Virus record (IMG/VR): IMGVR_UViG_3300029955_000003
DNA length: 20,000 nt
Strand: one strand, 5' to 3'
DNA from: an uncultured virus (IMG/VR IMGVR_UViG_3300029955_000003)
Lineage: Duplodnaviria; Heunggongvirae; Uroviricota; Caudoviricetes
Of the stretch, positions 7,187 to 16,246 are shown piece by piece. The stretch's first letter is position 1. The number at the start of each line of letters is the position of its first letter. The position numbers were made by a program, and so were the translations under genes. Under the pieces are notes generated by a model. It did not search any database. It worked only from the letters and a program-made list of their open reading frames with translations, and was not told the origin of the DNA.

Positions 7187-7508
7187 AAATAAACCAATTG
7201 GGATGTTCATGGGATCGTATGATTTTTTACCGGAAAAGACTATAACACAGGATGACTTAAATATTGTAACTATAGAGTTTTTAAGAAGACTGTTTGTTAA
7301 AAAGATTGACGGTAAGGAAGAACCGTTTCCTTATCCCGATGGTGCGACTACACAGGAACAACTTATTAAATTGTATACTACTATGAAAATTTCATTTCGT
7401 CCTGACGTGTTTGAAGGTTTCCCTGCCGTAGTACGCAAACATTTTATGATCAGGGAGCGCAATGGTGCATTTTATAGATACGGTCACAAACCAAGGGCAC
7501 TGCGTTAA
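7179..7508 (+). CDS. Hypothetical protein
   Basis: 109-aa ORF overlapping the helicase stop, with an AAGGA SD upstream. Confidence 0.75.
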   Translation: MAENKPIGMFMGSYDFLPEKTITQDDLNIVTIEFLRRLFVKKIDGKEEPFPYPDGATTQEQLIKLYTTMKISFRPDVFEGFPAVVRKHFMIRERNGAFYRYGHKPRALR

Positions 7509-7512
7509 TACA

Positions 7513-7518
7513 TAAATA
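7513..7518 (+). promoter_or_regulatory. Putative late promoter TAAATA
   Basis: cATAAATAt in a short intergenic gap before ORF 7535. The same motif recurs at several gene starts. Confidence 0.55.
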
Positions 7519-7534
7519 TTTTTGAAAGCATTTA

Positions 7535-7792
7535 ATGAACGAGCGGTTGTTTCATAGTTTTATTTCTGATCTGAGTCGGTTTTCATCTCCCGGTGAGGTA
7601 TTGATGCGCGCCCAAGATGCATTTGGGGTGGCAATTAAATTGTTCACGTTGATTGATAACACCGTTCCCGATCCAGAAAACAACCACAAGATAAAAATGG
7701 CATGGTTCAAAGCCGTAAGAGATAATGATTTTCGCAAGTTCAATAAGGCTTACAAAAAATATTCAACATTAGGAAAAGATAATATATCATGA
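7535..7792 (+). CDS. Hypothetical protein
   Basis: 85-aa ORF filling the gap between a late-promoter motif and the next gene (ATGA overlap). Confidence 0.7.
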   Translation: MNERLFHSFISDLSRFSSPGEVLMRAQDAFGVAIKLFTLIDNTVPDPENNHKIKMAWFKAVRDNDFRKFNKAYKKYSTLGKDNIS

Positions 7793-7977
7793 AAAAGAAA
7801 ACATTATTGGAGCTTTTTGATGAAGTGCAAGAAAATTGTTCTGCTGGCGCTGTAGGAGCAGGGGCGATTAGCGGCGGATTGGCGATTGGTACCACAGAGG
7901 CTCCCAAGGTCAAGATTATTAAACGTTCACCAAAAACAAAAAAGCGGGATAATAATACAATTTCAACAGAAAAGTAA
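7789..7977 (+). CDS. Small hypothetical protein, possibly a processed internal head protein
   Basis: MKKKTLLELFDEVQE followed by a Gly/Ala-rich stretch and a basic tail. AGGA SD upstream. Confidence 0.6.
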   Translation: MKKKTLLELFDEVQENCSAGAVGAGAISGGLAIGTTEAPKVKIIKRSPKTKKRDNNTISTEK

Positions 7978-7986
7978 CTTTAATCC

Positions 7987-7992
7987 TAAATA
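7987..7992 (+). promoter_or_regulatory. Putative late promoter TAAATA
   Basis: cTAAATAc upstream of the 8057 gene. Confidence 0.55.
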
Positions 7993-8056
7993 CTTTTTGA
8001 CACAAATGAAATGAATTAATCATTTTAGATATAATGTGTAATAGGAGAAAAGTAAA

Positions 8057-8680
8057 ATGACATATGATGTCTACTCAGCAAATGTACTGAATACCGTAAG
8101 CTTTATCGTTGAACCACAGTTAGTGGGTGAAAACGTGGCTGGTTTGTTTGGTATTTTTCGCGGTCCCGAAAATGCTCACCCATTTTTTGGTCAGCTTACA
8201 ACCACCCCGACTGCTCTGCAAAATCTTGCACAGCTTCGTACAGACTACATCGTGCGCGCATTGACTGCTTACGCCCCAGTTGTTGGTGTTCGTTTAGTAA
8301 CTAACGCTTCTGGTTCAATCGTACCGACCGTGAACTTCGGTTCGGCAATTAAGGTTACCTTCGAAACCAATTCAATGGGAATTTTCGAAGACCCTGCTTA
8401 TATTTCAAGCGGTGGTGTTGGTAACAAAGAAAGAACTACGGATATCGTGGACACCCTTGGTGTTGGTGGTATGTCTTATACCAAGACAAAGCCCGGCTTA
8501 CAGAGCCTATTAAATGCTCTTTCGACCGTTTCGTTTGATAATGGTGTTACGGGTCCGTTCGGCGCTCTTGCTGCAACTGGTGCGATCACTCTTCCTGATA
8601 CAACCGTAACAACCGGTGCGCCTACGCTCACCGCTGCTGGTGGTTTCACCGCAGGATTGAAGATTTATTTTGCCAACTAA
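8057..8680 (+). CDS. Probable abundant virion structural protein
   Basis: Thr/Gly/Ala/Val-rich with no Cys. It has its own late promoter, a strong SD (AGGAGA) and a strong terminator, and uses many GGT/GCT/ACC/TTC/AAC codons. Confidence 0.7.
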   Translation: MTYDVYSANVLNTVSFIVEPQLVGENVAGLFGIFRGPENAHPFFGQLTTTPTALQNLAQLRTDYIVRALTAYAPVVGVRLVTNASGSIVPTVNFGSAIKVTFETNSMGIFEDPAYISSGGVGNKERTTDIVDTLGVGGMSYTKTKPGLQSLLNALSTVSFDNGVTGPFGALAATGAITLPDTTVTTGAPTLTAAGGFTAGLKIYFAN

Positions 8681-8705
8681 GTTAGTTAAGTAAATGTTTA
8701 TGATT

Positions 8706-8731
8706 AAAGAGGGGTTCGCCCCTCTTTTTTT
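8706..8731 (+). terminator. Intrinsic terminator
   Basis: AAAGAGGGG-TTCG-CCCCTCTTT followed by further T residues. Confidence 0.9.
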
Positions 8732-8755
8732 ATTGCATTTTTATAAAATAATATC

Positions 8756-8761
8756 TAAATA
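8756..8761 (+). promoter_or_regulatory. Putative late promoter TAAATA (7 nt before ATG)
   Basis: cTAAATAacaacaaATG, with no SD between motif and start. Confidence 0.55.
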
Positions 8762-8768
8762 ACAACAA

Positions 8769-9188
8769 ATGAGCAATAATTTAAATTTTAATATACTAAA
8801 ACAAGCTTGGAAAAAGCTTATACGAAGTAATATTACTTCAATACTTAAAGTTGCGCCCGGTTTTGATAACCCACAAAATGTCTTTTTGAAAAACATGAAA
8901 GATTCTAGTGATTCTTTAGAAGTTAAATTTGGTGGGTTTGAGAGTGCGGTCAAAGATACCCGCGATGTGCAATCAGCTAAAAGAGTTATAATCGACTGGT
9001 TAAAAAAAATAAGCATATCCGTGCAGATAATACCTTCAACCCCCACAGAATTATATGTTAGAATATCTAAAGATTTAAAATTTTCTGAAGATATACAGCC
9101 TGTTGTGGTTGAAAAACCGATAAAAGAAAATAAATACCCATTATCTGAAAAAAAATTAGTTAATATTGTACGGAGTAATCTTAAATGA
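8769..9188 (+). CDS. Hypothetical protein
   Basis: 139-aa ORF after a terminator and late-promoter motif, with an ATGA overlap to the next gene. Confidence 0.7.
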   Translation: MSNNLNFNILKQAWKKLIRSNITSILKVAPGFDNPQNVFLKNMKDSSDSLEVKFGGFESAVKDTRDVQSAKRVIIDWLKKISISVQIIPSTPTELYVRISKDLKFSEDIQPVVVEKPIKENKYPLSEKKLVNIVRSNLK

Positions 9189-9922
9189 ATGGGTTTGATG
9201 ATTTTGATAATGTACCGACTTACACACACCTAAAGCCAGTTAATAATGATAGACAGGCGTCGGAAACCGGATGGAAGGTGCGAGAACCGCTACAAGATAA
9301 TGCGGATATAGACATTTCATATAAAACGCGTAGACCAAACTTAAATCACGAGCTTGCTGTCGATATCCATAATGGATTGGGAGGCGCTAGAGTAATTGCT
9401 GAGGCGCGGCGCAAAATGGATGAAATTGGTGATTTAGACATTACTGATTTCATGGATGCAAAAGTATCGCCTGATGTAAAACGAGCTTTTGCCGAAAGTA
9501 TGAAAAGACAAAGACCGAGGTCTTCTGCATCTACACCATCACAAAACTACGATAATCCTTTTGATGATAGCGAAACGTCCAGTGGTGGCAGATTTGTTGT
9601 GGAAAAAGCTATGGCTGCATTGAAGTCAGGAGCTAAAATTCCAGTATGGATGATCGTTGATTCAAATAATGGTCAACAGTTCCAAAAACCATTTAAAATA
9701 CATGAAGCTGCTATAGCAGTTTCGAATTTATTAAACGAGCATGGTACTATTAAACATCCTTCTGTCAAGAAAGCGCTCACGGCATATGACACTTATAATG
9801 AAATTCTTAAGAAGGTCAATATCGTTAAAAAGGCTATCAATGAGGGCGAAGAAGAACAAAGACCCGTTCTGACCCGTCTCAGAGAGCAACTTAAAACCTG
9901 CGGAAAAGCCATAGGACTGTAA
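9185..9922 (+). CDS. Hypothetical protein
   Basis: 245-aa ORF with a GGAG SD, a disordered N-terminal half and a helical C-terminus. Confidence 0.8.
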   Translation: MNGFDDFDNVPTYTHLKPVNNDRQASETGWKVREPLQDNADIDISYKTRRPNLNHELAVDIHNGLGGARVIAEARRKMDEIGDLDITDFMDAKVSPDVKRAFAESMKRQRPRSSASTPSQNYDNPFDDSETSSGGRFVVEKAMAALKSGAKIPVWMIVDSNNGQQFQKPFKIHEAAIAVSNLLNEHGTIKHPSVKKALTAYDTYNEILKKVNIVKKAINEGEEEQRPVLTRLREQLKTCGKAIGL

Positions 9923-9937
9923 TAGAAATGTTTTCGC

Positions 9938-9943
9938 TAAATA
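9938..9943 (+). promoter_or_regulatory. Putative late promoter TAAATA
   Basis: gcTAAATAtt upstream of the AGGA SD and ATG 9966. Confidence 0.55.
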
Positions 9944-9965
9944 TTATTAATATTAGGAATTTGAT

Positions 9966-11132
9966 ATGAGTCTTGCTTTTTTACGCGAAACACCAGAGAT
10001 AAAACTTAGAAAGATCGAAAATGATCTTTCTACTATTAATGAAGAATTTAATTTCTCTACATTTAGTAAGTTACCTATTCAAAAGGTTCAAAAGTGCATT
10101 TCTTACTATAATGGTAAAATAGGTACTCTAAAAGAATCCACGTATGGGTCTTGGTTGTTTAATCCAAAATTTAATGAATTTTCTTTAATTAGAGAAGGAC
10201 TGCTTTCTATATTAGAAAAGAAACAATCCTTAATTGATAATGAACAATTAGTTCGTGGTTTTGTCTATTATAATAATGTTAAACATTTCGATAAGCAATT
10301 GGTTGGTGAAAGATGTTTTTACAAGAATAATTTTGATGCGGATTGGGTTCCTTTTAAGGAGCATATCGCCGTCACAAAAGCAAAAGAATTATTGCGTTAT
10401 GGATCAGAAGAAGATTTTAAAAAGATTTATTTTGAATTTGCAGATGGAAATTCAATTTCTTTTGGAAAAGTAGATTTATCCCATGTGTCAGAATCTACTG
10501 ACAGCGCTTTAGAAGCAATTGAAGAATATTGTGATAGTCGGTGGAATGGTCCATGGGCTTGGGAAGCTCCTTCTTCCGAAAAATTAATGATGGTTATAGA
10601 GGATAAAAAAATGGATTTGGCTACCGCTAGAAAAAAGAAAATCGACCTTGCTAAACAAATAACTTCTTTATATGAAGAGCAAATGGATAAATTTGCGTTG
10701 GTTGGCGCTATTCAGGACATGCAGAGCCGCGTAGATTCGATGATCGCAGACGTAGGTAAGATTATGAGTGACTCGATTGAATTAGGGGTGGCTGCTCAGA
10801 CCACTCCCGGAACTGGTAATAGTAATTTACATGGCACAATCGAAGCCCCTGCGAATAATGTTGCGCAAGGATTAGCTCAGTTAAAAGCAGCAATTCAAAA
10901 TGCATTGGGGGCAATTAGTGCTAACGTGGAGTCGCCTACCCTTGACGGGCTTGATCCTACAATGGGTAATGATGGTGGCGCTCCCGGCGCTGTTCCCGGC
11001 GCTGAGGGTGGATTACCTCCTGCGCCTACCGGCGACATGGGTCTTGGCGGCGACCCGGCTGCTTTAGGTGACACTCTTTCTGGTGTCGGTGTTGAAGGCG
11101 AAGATGGCGAACGTATTAAGAAGGATATGTAA
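9966..11132 (+). CDS. Hypothetical late protein, possible prohead core/scaffold-type protein
   Basis: 388 aa with several (L/I)xE sites (LRE, LKE, IRE, LYE), a coiled-coil region and a Gly/Pro/Asp-rich tail ending GERIKKDM. Confidence 0.75.
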   Translation: MSLAFLRETPEIKLRKIENDLSTINEEFNFSTFSKLPIQKVQKCISYYNGKIGTLKESTYGSWLFNPKFNEFSLIREGLLSILEKKQSLIDNEQLVRGFVYYNNVKHFDKQLVGERCFYKNNFDADWVPFKEHIAVTKAKELLRYGSEEDFKKIYFEFADGNSISFGKVDLSHVSESTDSALEAIEEYCDSRWNGPWAWEAPSSEKLMMVIEDKKMDLATARKKKIDLAKQITSLYEEQMDKFALVGAIQDMQSRVDSMIADVGKIMSDSIELGVAAQTTPGTGNSNLHGTIEAPANNVAQGLAQLKAAIQNALGAISANVESPTLDGLDPTMGNDGGAPGAVPGAEGGLPPAPTGDMGLGGDPAALGDTLSGVGVEGEDGERIKKDM

Positions 11133-11497
11133 TGCTTGATTTAGACGATGGATTTTATGATGCCAGTTCTGCTAGAAATATGTCACTTGGTGCTCGTGCC
11201 AGCGTGTCAATTATTTTAACTGAAATAAGTGCATTGAAGCTTGCCGTTGATGCCGCAGTATTTGCTGGTAACACGACAGTTAAGATTGACACGACTGCAA
11301 TGGCAGTTTCTTCGACGTATTTTACTGCGTGGAGCGATCCATTTAATCCTGCTAACACAAGCATATATGTCGCTCAACGGTTCGCAATGGACTCGGTTAT
11401 TAGGTATTTCACTAGATTAGGATATGACATTTTTCGGGTCAGAGGCACTGTCGCTGATCCTACTGCTAATAGTTTTACTTGGGTGATTAACTGGTAA
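11132..11497 (+). CDS. Hypothetical (probable virion) protein
   Basis: 121 aa, TAATG overlap, AAGGA SD. Ends YF.RLGY.I.R...F.W.I.W. Confidence 0.75.
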   Translation: MLDLDDGFYDASSARNMSLGARASVSIILTEISALKLAVDAAVFAGNTTVKIDTTAMAVSSTYFTAWSDPFNPANTSIYVAQRFAMDSVIRYFTRLGYDIFRVRGTVADPTANSFTWVINW

Positions 11498-11515
11498 GTA
11501 CTATATACATTTTAA

Positions 11516-11926
11516 ATGACTTCCACTAAAGAACATAATTTAATAATTTTTGGTTTAGATTTTAAAGATGAGCTTATCATTCAGGACAAAGCTGAATTAG
11601 AAGGTTATCTTTCTGTAGACCATATGTTATATGATTATTTTCAATTTCCTAAAATTGAAATGTTTGATTGTATGCGCCGCTATCATATGGCGGTCACTCA
11701 ACACTGGTTGAATATCGGTGTTGAGTTTGTCTCAATGGAAACGAGTCAAGGGAATCATAATTTTATCGCAGTAAGTGGTAAAAAATGCTTTGTTAAAAAA
11801 AATGATGTGTCTACCTTAGAGACAGGTTTTTTCGAAATTGATCCGACACATATTTTAAAATTAAAGAAATTTTGTGAAACATTGGATATTCCTTTTTTCA
11901 GTCCTAACTGGTACGTTGTGGCGTGA
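11516..11926 (+). CDS. Hypothetical protein
   Basis: 136-aa ORF with a TAAGTA late-like motif at 11495-11500. Confidence 0.7.
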   Translation: MTSTKEHNLIIFGLDFKDELIIQDKAELEGYLSVDHMLYDYFQFPKIEMFDCMRRYHMAVTQHWLNIGVEFVSMETSQGNHNFIAVSGKKCFVKKNDVSTLETGFFEIDPTHILKLKKFCETLDIPFFSPNWYVVA

Positions 11927-13317
11927 CCCAAAAGACTTTGTTACAATTTATTGAAGAAGCTAATAATATACATGATAATAGATATACCTATTTGAACAGC
12001 GTATATAATGGAGCGCGGAAAAAAATTATAATTACATGTAAATTACATGGTGATTTCGAACAAATGGCGTATAGCCATTTGGCTGGATGTGGTTGTTCTA
12101 TTTGTGCAGAAGAAGATAGAACATTAAAAAAGAGAACTACTGTTCCGGTATTAATTAACCAATTTAAAAAAATTCATGGTAATTTGTACATATATGATAA
12201 AGTTAACTATATCAATGCACGTACTCCAATAGATATAGTTTGTAATACTCATGGAGACTTTAGACAGGAGCCGAGGGTTCATTTACGTGGTAATGGTTGT
12301 CCTAAATGTGGTATAATTTATAATACCACACGACATACCAAATCATTAGACACCTTTATTCAAGAAGCAGCTAAAACTCATAATGATTTTTATGACTATT
12401 CAACAACAATATATATTAATACTATGTCTAAAATTATTATAACTTGTCCTAAACATGGTGAGTTTAGACAAACTCCTGATGCCCATTTACGTGGTCAATG
12501 GTGTTCTAAATGTAAACCAAAGGATTCTAAAGCTCAACGTGAAATTAATGAATTTATTTTAAGTCTTGGATTTGAAACAATTTATGGTGATAAAAACATT
12601 ATTAAACCAAAAGAATTGGATATAGTTATACCGTTGAAGAAATTAGCTGTAGAATACAATGGACTTCATTGGCATCATGATAAAAGAATAAAAAAGGACA
12701 ATCATATAATTAAACAACAATTAACTAATGATGCAGGATATGAATTAGTAACCATATTTGAGGATGAATGGTTGACTAAACCTCATGTAGTTAAAAAACT
12801 AATTTCGCGCCGTCTTTTGGATAAACTACCAGATATCCACTCCTACTCTATCGGTACTATTGATCCAATAATGGCTAGAACTTTCCTAAATGAGGAACAT
12901 ATAAACGGAGCGCCGGAAATACTAGGAGTGTGTTTGGGATATTTTGACGAAACAGATACGCTGATATCATTATTAACATTAGATTTAATTAATAATAATG
13001 ATTGGAATTTATCACGTATTGCTACAAATAATTATTATGATGATGCAACGATAGATAAATTATTTTATTATTTTATAGAAAACTATCAACCACGTACTAT
13101 ATCGACTATATCAGACAATAGGTTCTCAGATAATAAAATATATTTAAATCTTAAATTCAACGTTTCGAAAAAACTTCCAATTGACTATATGTATATTAAG
13201 TCATCGCGTAGATATACAAAATCAGAAATTGAGAAAATAACACAAACTACAATTTCTAAAAAATCAAAGAAAATTTGGGATTGTGGCAAAACCGAGTGGG
13301 TATGGAAAAGGGATTAA
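11923..13317 (+). mobile_element. Free-standing homing endonuclease gene (three zinc-ribbon repeats + Vsr/DUF559-like nuclease + Hef-like C-terminal domain)
   Basis: Three repeats of I.C..HG.F.Q....HL.G..C..C, nuclease motifs ELDI.IP..KLAVEYNGLHWH and IFEDEW, and a C-terminal IWDCG..W.W. Visibly more AT-rich than its neighbours and overlaps the upstream stop (GTGA). Confidence 0.82.
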
Positions 13318-13319
13318 TT

Positions 13320-14024
13320 GTGATAAGATATAATGGACCGAAGCTGGCGTATCCAGAATTAGAAGCAGTAACAACAGAAAAAGGGCGCGTATACACTACC
13401 CCAACCGGTCCAGCACCTTCAGTCACCACTATTTTATCTAAATTACCCCACCCGGAATTAGACGCTTGGAAAGAGCGCGTGGGAGAAGATGAAGCAAAAC
13501 GGATTTCCACCGAAGCCACAAATATCGGCACCGCAATGCATAATTTATGTGAAAGTTTCATAACAAAGGAGCCTTACAAAAAAACCACTACCGATGAATT
13601 GGAAGAAATCGCGGAACAAATGTTTCGTAAAGTTAAAATGTACGGCTTACGTAGAGTTACTGAAGTCTTTGGGATTGAAGTGTGTTTGCATTTGGATAAC
13701 TTGGTAGCTGGGCGTACCGATCTTATAGGAATTGAAGATGGTAAATTCAGCATCATGGATTATAAAACTTCCAAGTTCTTTAAAAAAGAATCAGAAATTG
13801 AAAACTATTTCATACAGTTGGGCTTTTATGTCAACATGCACGAATTTATGTTTCCTGAACATAAATTTGAACAGGGAGTGTTGTTCATAGGCACCAGACC
13901 TAACCCGGCGTATAATAAAACCGCAGATATTCAAGTGGTTAGATTAGATAAAGTTAAATTAGAGTATTACAAAAATAAGGCATTAGATACTATTGAATGG
14001 TATTACCAAAATTTTCATAAATAA
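13320..14024 (+). CDS. PD-(D/E)xK (Cas4/RecB-like) exonuclease
   Basis: PSVTTIL, W..RVG..EA, GT.MH, E..L, AGRTDL, IMDYKTS and Y..QL..Y. Start reassigned to GTG 13320, after the HEG stop, with AAGGGA upstream. Confidence 0.88.
   Translation: MIRYNGPKLAYPELEAVTTEKGRVYTTPTGPAPSVTTILSKLPHPELDAWKERVGEDEAKRISTEATNIGTAMHNLCESFITKEPYKKTTTDELEEIAEQMFRKVKMYGLRRVTEVFGIEVCLHLDNLVAGRTDLIGIEDGKFSIMDYKTSKFFKKESEIENYFIQLGFYVNMHEFMFPEHKFEQGVLFIGTRPNPAYNKTADIQVVRLDKVKLEYYKNKALDTIEWYYQNFHK
14018..14023 (+). promoter_or_regulatory. Putative late promoter TAAATA (5 nt before ATG)
   Basis: caTAAATAataacATG, overlapping the exonuclease stop codon. Confidence 0.55.
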
Positions 14025-14028
14025 TAAC

Positions 14029-14742
14029 ATGAAACGCCATATTTTATTAGAATTAACAAACACTAAGGACATGCAAACTGACTTAGATGCTGAGGCTAAA
14101 CGCCTCGCGGGTGGGGATGAAGCGCAGAACCCTCCACAGCAGCCTTTAAACGGTGCAGCAGACCAACCAGAACCAAACCCGCAGATTGACACCCAAATGG
14201 GTGGTGAAGTCCCTGACGGCGATGCTGCGCCCCCTGAAGAAGGTGCGCCCTCTGATGAGGTTTCTGATGGCGAGAATGCCGTAGAAGATGAGATTGATAA
14301 TGATGAGCCGGATGAAGAAATTGACGGCGATCTAGTTGGTCAATTAAAAGACCAATCTTACGTTAAAGATTATAATCATGACAACGATAAATCTCCGGTA
14401 AGCCCGATTAAGATTGCAGGAATGGCAATTGACTCATTATATCAATTAAAGAATCAAGTCCGCTTTCAACTTAATAAGTTAACCCTATCTGATGACTCCG
14501 GGATATCAGACGATTCTAATTTAGAGTTTTACCAAGATTTGATGGCATACGTAAACGCAGTCATTGAATATAGAAAAACGGAAATAAGAAGCAATGATGA
14601 CGAGGATACCGGGAACACCCGCCCACAAGTTGCTAAACAAAATCCTCCTAAGAATATAAAATATGGAGAAGTTAAGCCGCAGAAATTCAAAGAAGATATA
14701 TTCTTGAAGCGTTTTAATGATCTGTTATCAGATAATATATAA
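14029..14742 (+). CDS. Acidic, low-complexity hypothetical late protein (possible head-internal/scaffold protein)
   Basis: Start likely ATG 14029 (MKRHILLE...). Long D/E/P/Q-rich disordered region followed by a helical domain. Confidence 0.75.
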   Translation: MKRHILLELTNTKDMQTDLDAEAKRLAGGDEAQNPPQQPLNGAADQPEPNPQIDTQMGGEVPDGDAAPPEEGAPSDEVSDGENAVEDEIDNDEPDEEIDGDLVGQLKDQSYVKDYNHDNDKSPVSPIKIAGMAIDSLYQLKNQVRFQLNKLTLSDDSGISDDSNLEFYQDLMAYVNAVIEYRKTEIRSNDDEDTGNTRPQVAKQNPPKNIKYGEVKPQKFKEDIFLKRFNDLLSDNI

Positions 14743-14766
14743 CATAATTTAATGATTTGATATTAG

Positions 14767-14800
14767 AAAACTCCTACCTATATCCATAGGTAGGAGTTTT
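14767..14800. terminator. 15-bp perfect hairpin: terminator that also contains the rnh ribosome-binding site
   Basis: AAAACTCCTACCTAT-ATCC-ATAGGTAGGAGTTTT. The AGGAG SD lies in the 3' arm and the ATG is at 14804. Confidence 0.75.
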
Positions 14801-14803
14801 GGT

Positions 14804-15817
14804 ATGCGGTTTACCATTTTTGATGCAAACAATTTAGTTCACAGGGCTTGGCACTCGTTGCATAGGCGAGTGAAGGGTTTTACTGATTCTGAATATTCTC
14901 AACGGAAAATGGTTATGGAAAATCTTTTTCAGACCGTTCGTATGTGTAATAATCATTTTTACCCAGACTGTTTGGTGTTTTGCTTTGATTCTAGGTCTTG
15001 GCGAAAGTCGTTATTTGATGATTATAAAATATCTCATAAAGCACGGATTAAAACTCCTGATGAGATTACGAGAAATGATATTATTCATAAGATAATAAAT
15101 GAATTTGCTGATTTCATCAAAACAACCAACAATATATTTTTAGAGAGAAGCGGTGCAGAAGCCGATGACTTTATTGCTTTCTGGACTTTCATGCACCCTG
15201 AGGATGAACATATCATTATTTCAGGCGATTCTGACTTTAAACAGTTGGTTAAGGCTGGCGTGTCATTGTTTGCTCCGGTTCCTAAAAAAATGTATACTGT
15301 TAGAGGGGTGTTTTATCAAGATAACAAAATTGACGACACCCAAATTGAATATCTCTTTGATGAAGTGTGGAAAATTTCTTTCGAAAAAGACGGCACACGA
15401 GAAGTGTTTGATCCCGGATGGGAGCTTTTTCAAAAAATAATCAGGGGTGATGATAACGATGATGTGCCAACCTGTTTCCCACGCGTCCAAACAAAGACAA
15501 TGAAGAAAGTTTATTATGGGTCTTTGTTAGATTGGAATAATTTTATGAATGGAGATGTCCAAACAGAGGAAGGACCACGCCCATTAGCACAACTTTACGA
15601 TTTTAATCGGCGTCTTATCGATTTGAATTACCAACCAGACGACATAAAAGAGATGTTGATTGAAGCAATTCAGGAAGCATCGAAACTTAAAAATAATGAA
15701 ATGGTTGAATACAATTTTACAAAAATTTGTACAAAATATAAGATGACACGATTGATGAATAATGCTAATGATTATATAACAATTTTTAACAAGAGATTGG
15801 CAGGAGAAAAATTATGA
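14804..15817 (+). CDS. rnh: RNase H / 5'-3' exonuclease (T4 rnh, FEN family)
   Basis: IFDANNL, FCFDSRSWRK, YK, EADDFIA, IISGDSDFKQL, KIIRGDDNDDVP and N.RLIDL..QP. Confidence 0.9.
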   Translation: MRFTIFDANNLVHRAWHSLHRRVKGFTDSEYSQRKMVMENLFQTVRMCNNHFYPDCLVFCFDSRSWRKSLFDDYKISHKARIKTPDEITRNDIIHKIINEFADFIKTTNNIFLERSGAEADDFIAFWTFMHPEDEHIIISGDSDFKQLVKAGVSLFAPVPKKMYTVRGVFYQDNKIDDTQIEYLFDEVWKISFEKDGTREVFDPGWELFQKIIRGDDNDDVPTCFPRVQTKTMKKVYYGSLLDWNNFMNGDVQTEEGPRPLAQLYDFNRRLIDLNYQPDDIKEMLIEAIQEASKLKNNEMVEYNFTKICTKYKMTRLMNNANDYITIFNKRLAGEKL

Positions 15818-16224
15818 CTATTGACTTAGAAGCAAAATTAGCAGAAGCAGATGCCTTAGCGGCAGAGACGGTATACGAATTCAAATCGCTCGATGAATTA
15901 AAGCATGGCACCATTAAGTTTACAGTAGACCTCAAGGATTTATTCAAAGCTACTTTACGAGAAGTTTTAAGTACTCCTGATGATGAAGTGATTATGAACG
16001 TACCACTACCGATGTCTTTTTATACAACGAAGAATCAATCTAGGCTTATAGAAAACGACAAGACTTCCCCTAAAGGAATGATTATTAAAAATTTCAATGT
16101 GTACGATACATTGAAAGTCAATTATGCGATTGGGCAATTCAAAGCAGACGACATTATATCATGGGTTCGTAAGTACCACCCGGAAATAATAAAACAGATT
16201 ACGGATGAAGCAAAGAAGAAATAA
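15814..16224 (+). CDS. Hypothetical protein
   Basis: 136 aa with a strong SD (CAGGAG) and an ATGA overlap. Confidence 0.8.
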   Translation: MTIDLEAKLAEADALAAETVYEFKSLDELKHGTIKFTVDLKDLFKATLREVLSTPDDEVIMNVPLPMSFYTTKNQSRLIENDKTSPKGMIIKNFNVYDTLKVNYAIGQFKADDIISWVRKYHPEIIKQITDEAKKK

Positions 16225-16235
16225 GTTATATTGAA

Positions 16236-16241
16236 TAAATA
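16236..16241 (+). promoter_or_regulatory. Putative late promoter TAAATA (5 nt before ATG)
   Basis: gaaTAAATActataATG, with no SD. Confidence 0.55.
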
Positions 16242-16246
16242 CTATA

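Noticed and set aside
7997..8035. TTGACA and TATAAT upstream of the 8057 gene
   Set aside because: The hexamers are 27 nt apart, which is incompatible with sigma70 spacing.
10979..11004. Short tandem repeat (TCCCGGCGCTG x2)
   Set aside because: It simply encodes the low-complexity GAPGAVPGAE tail and is not an array.
11923..13317. Group I intron or intein around the endonuclease
   Set aside because: The flanking ORFs are separate complete genes abutting the HEG. There is no non-coding space for a ribozyme core and no intein terminal motifs.
13320..14024. Cas4 / CRISPR system
   Set aside because: I saw no repeat-spacer array or other cas genes, and the Cas4 Fe-S cysteine pattern is absent. 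This is the common stand-alone phage exonuclease.
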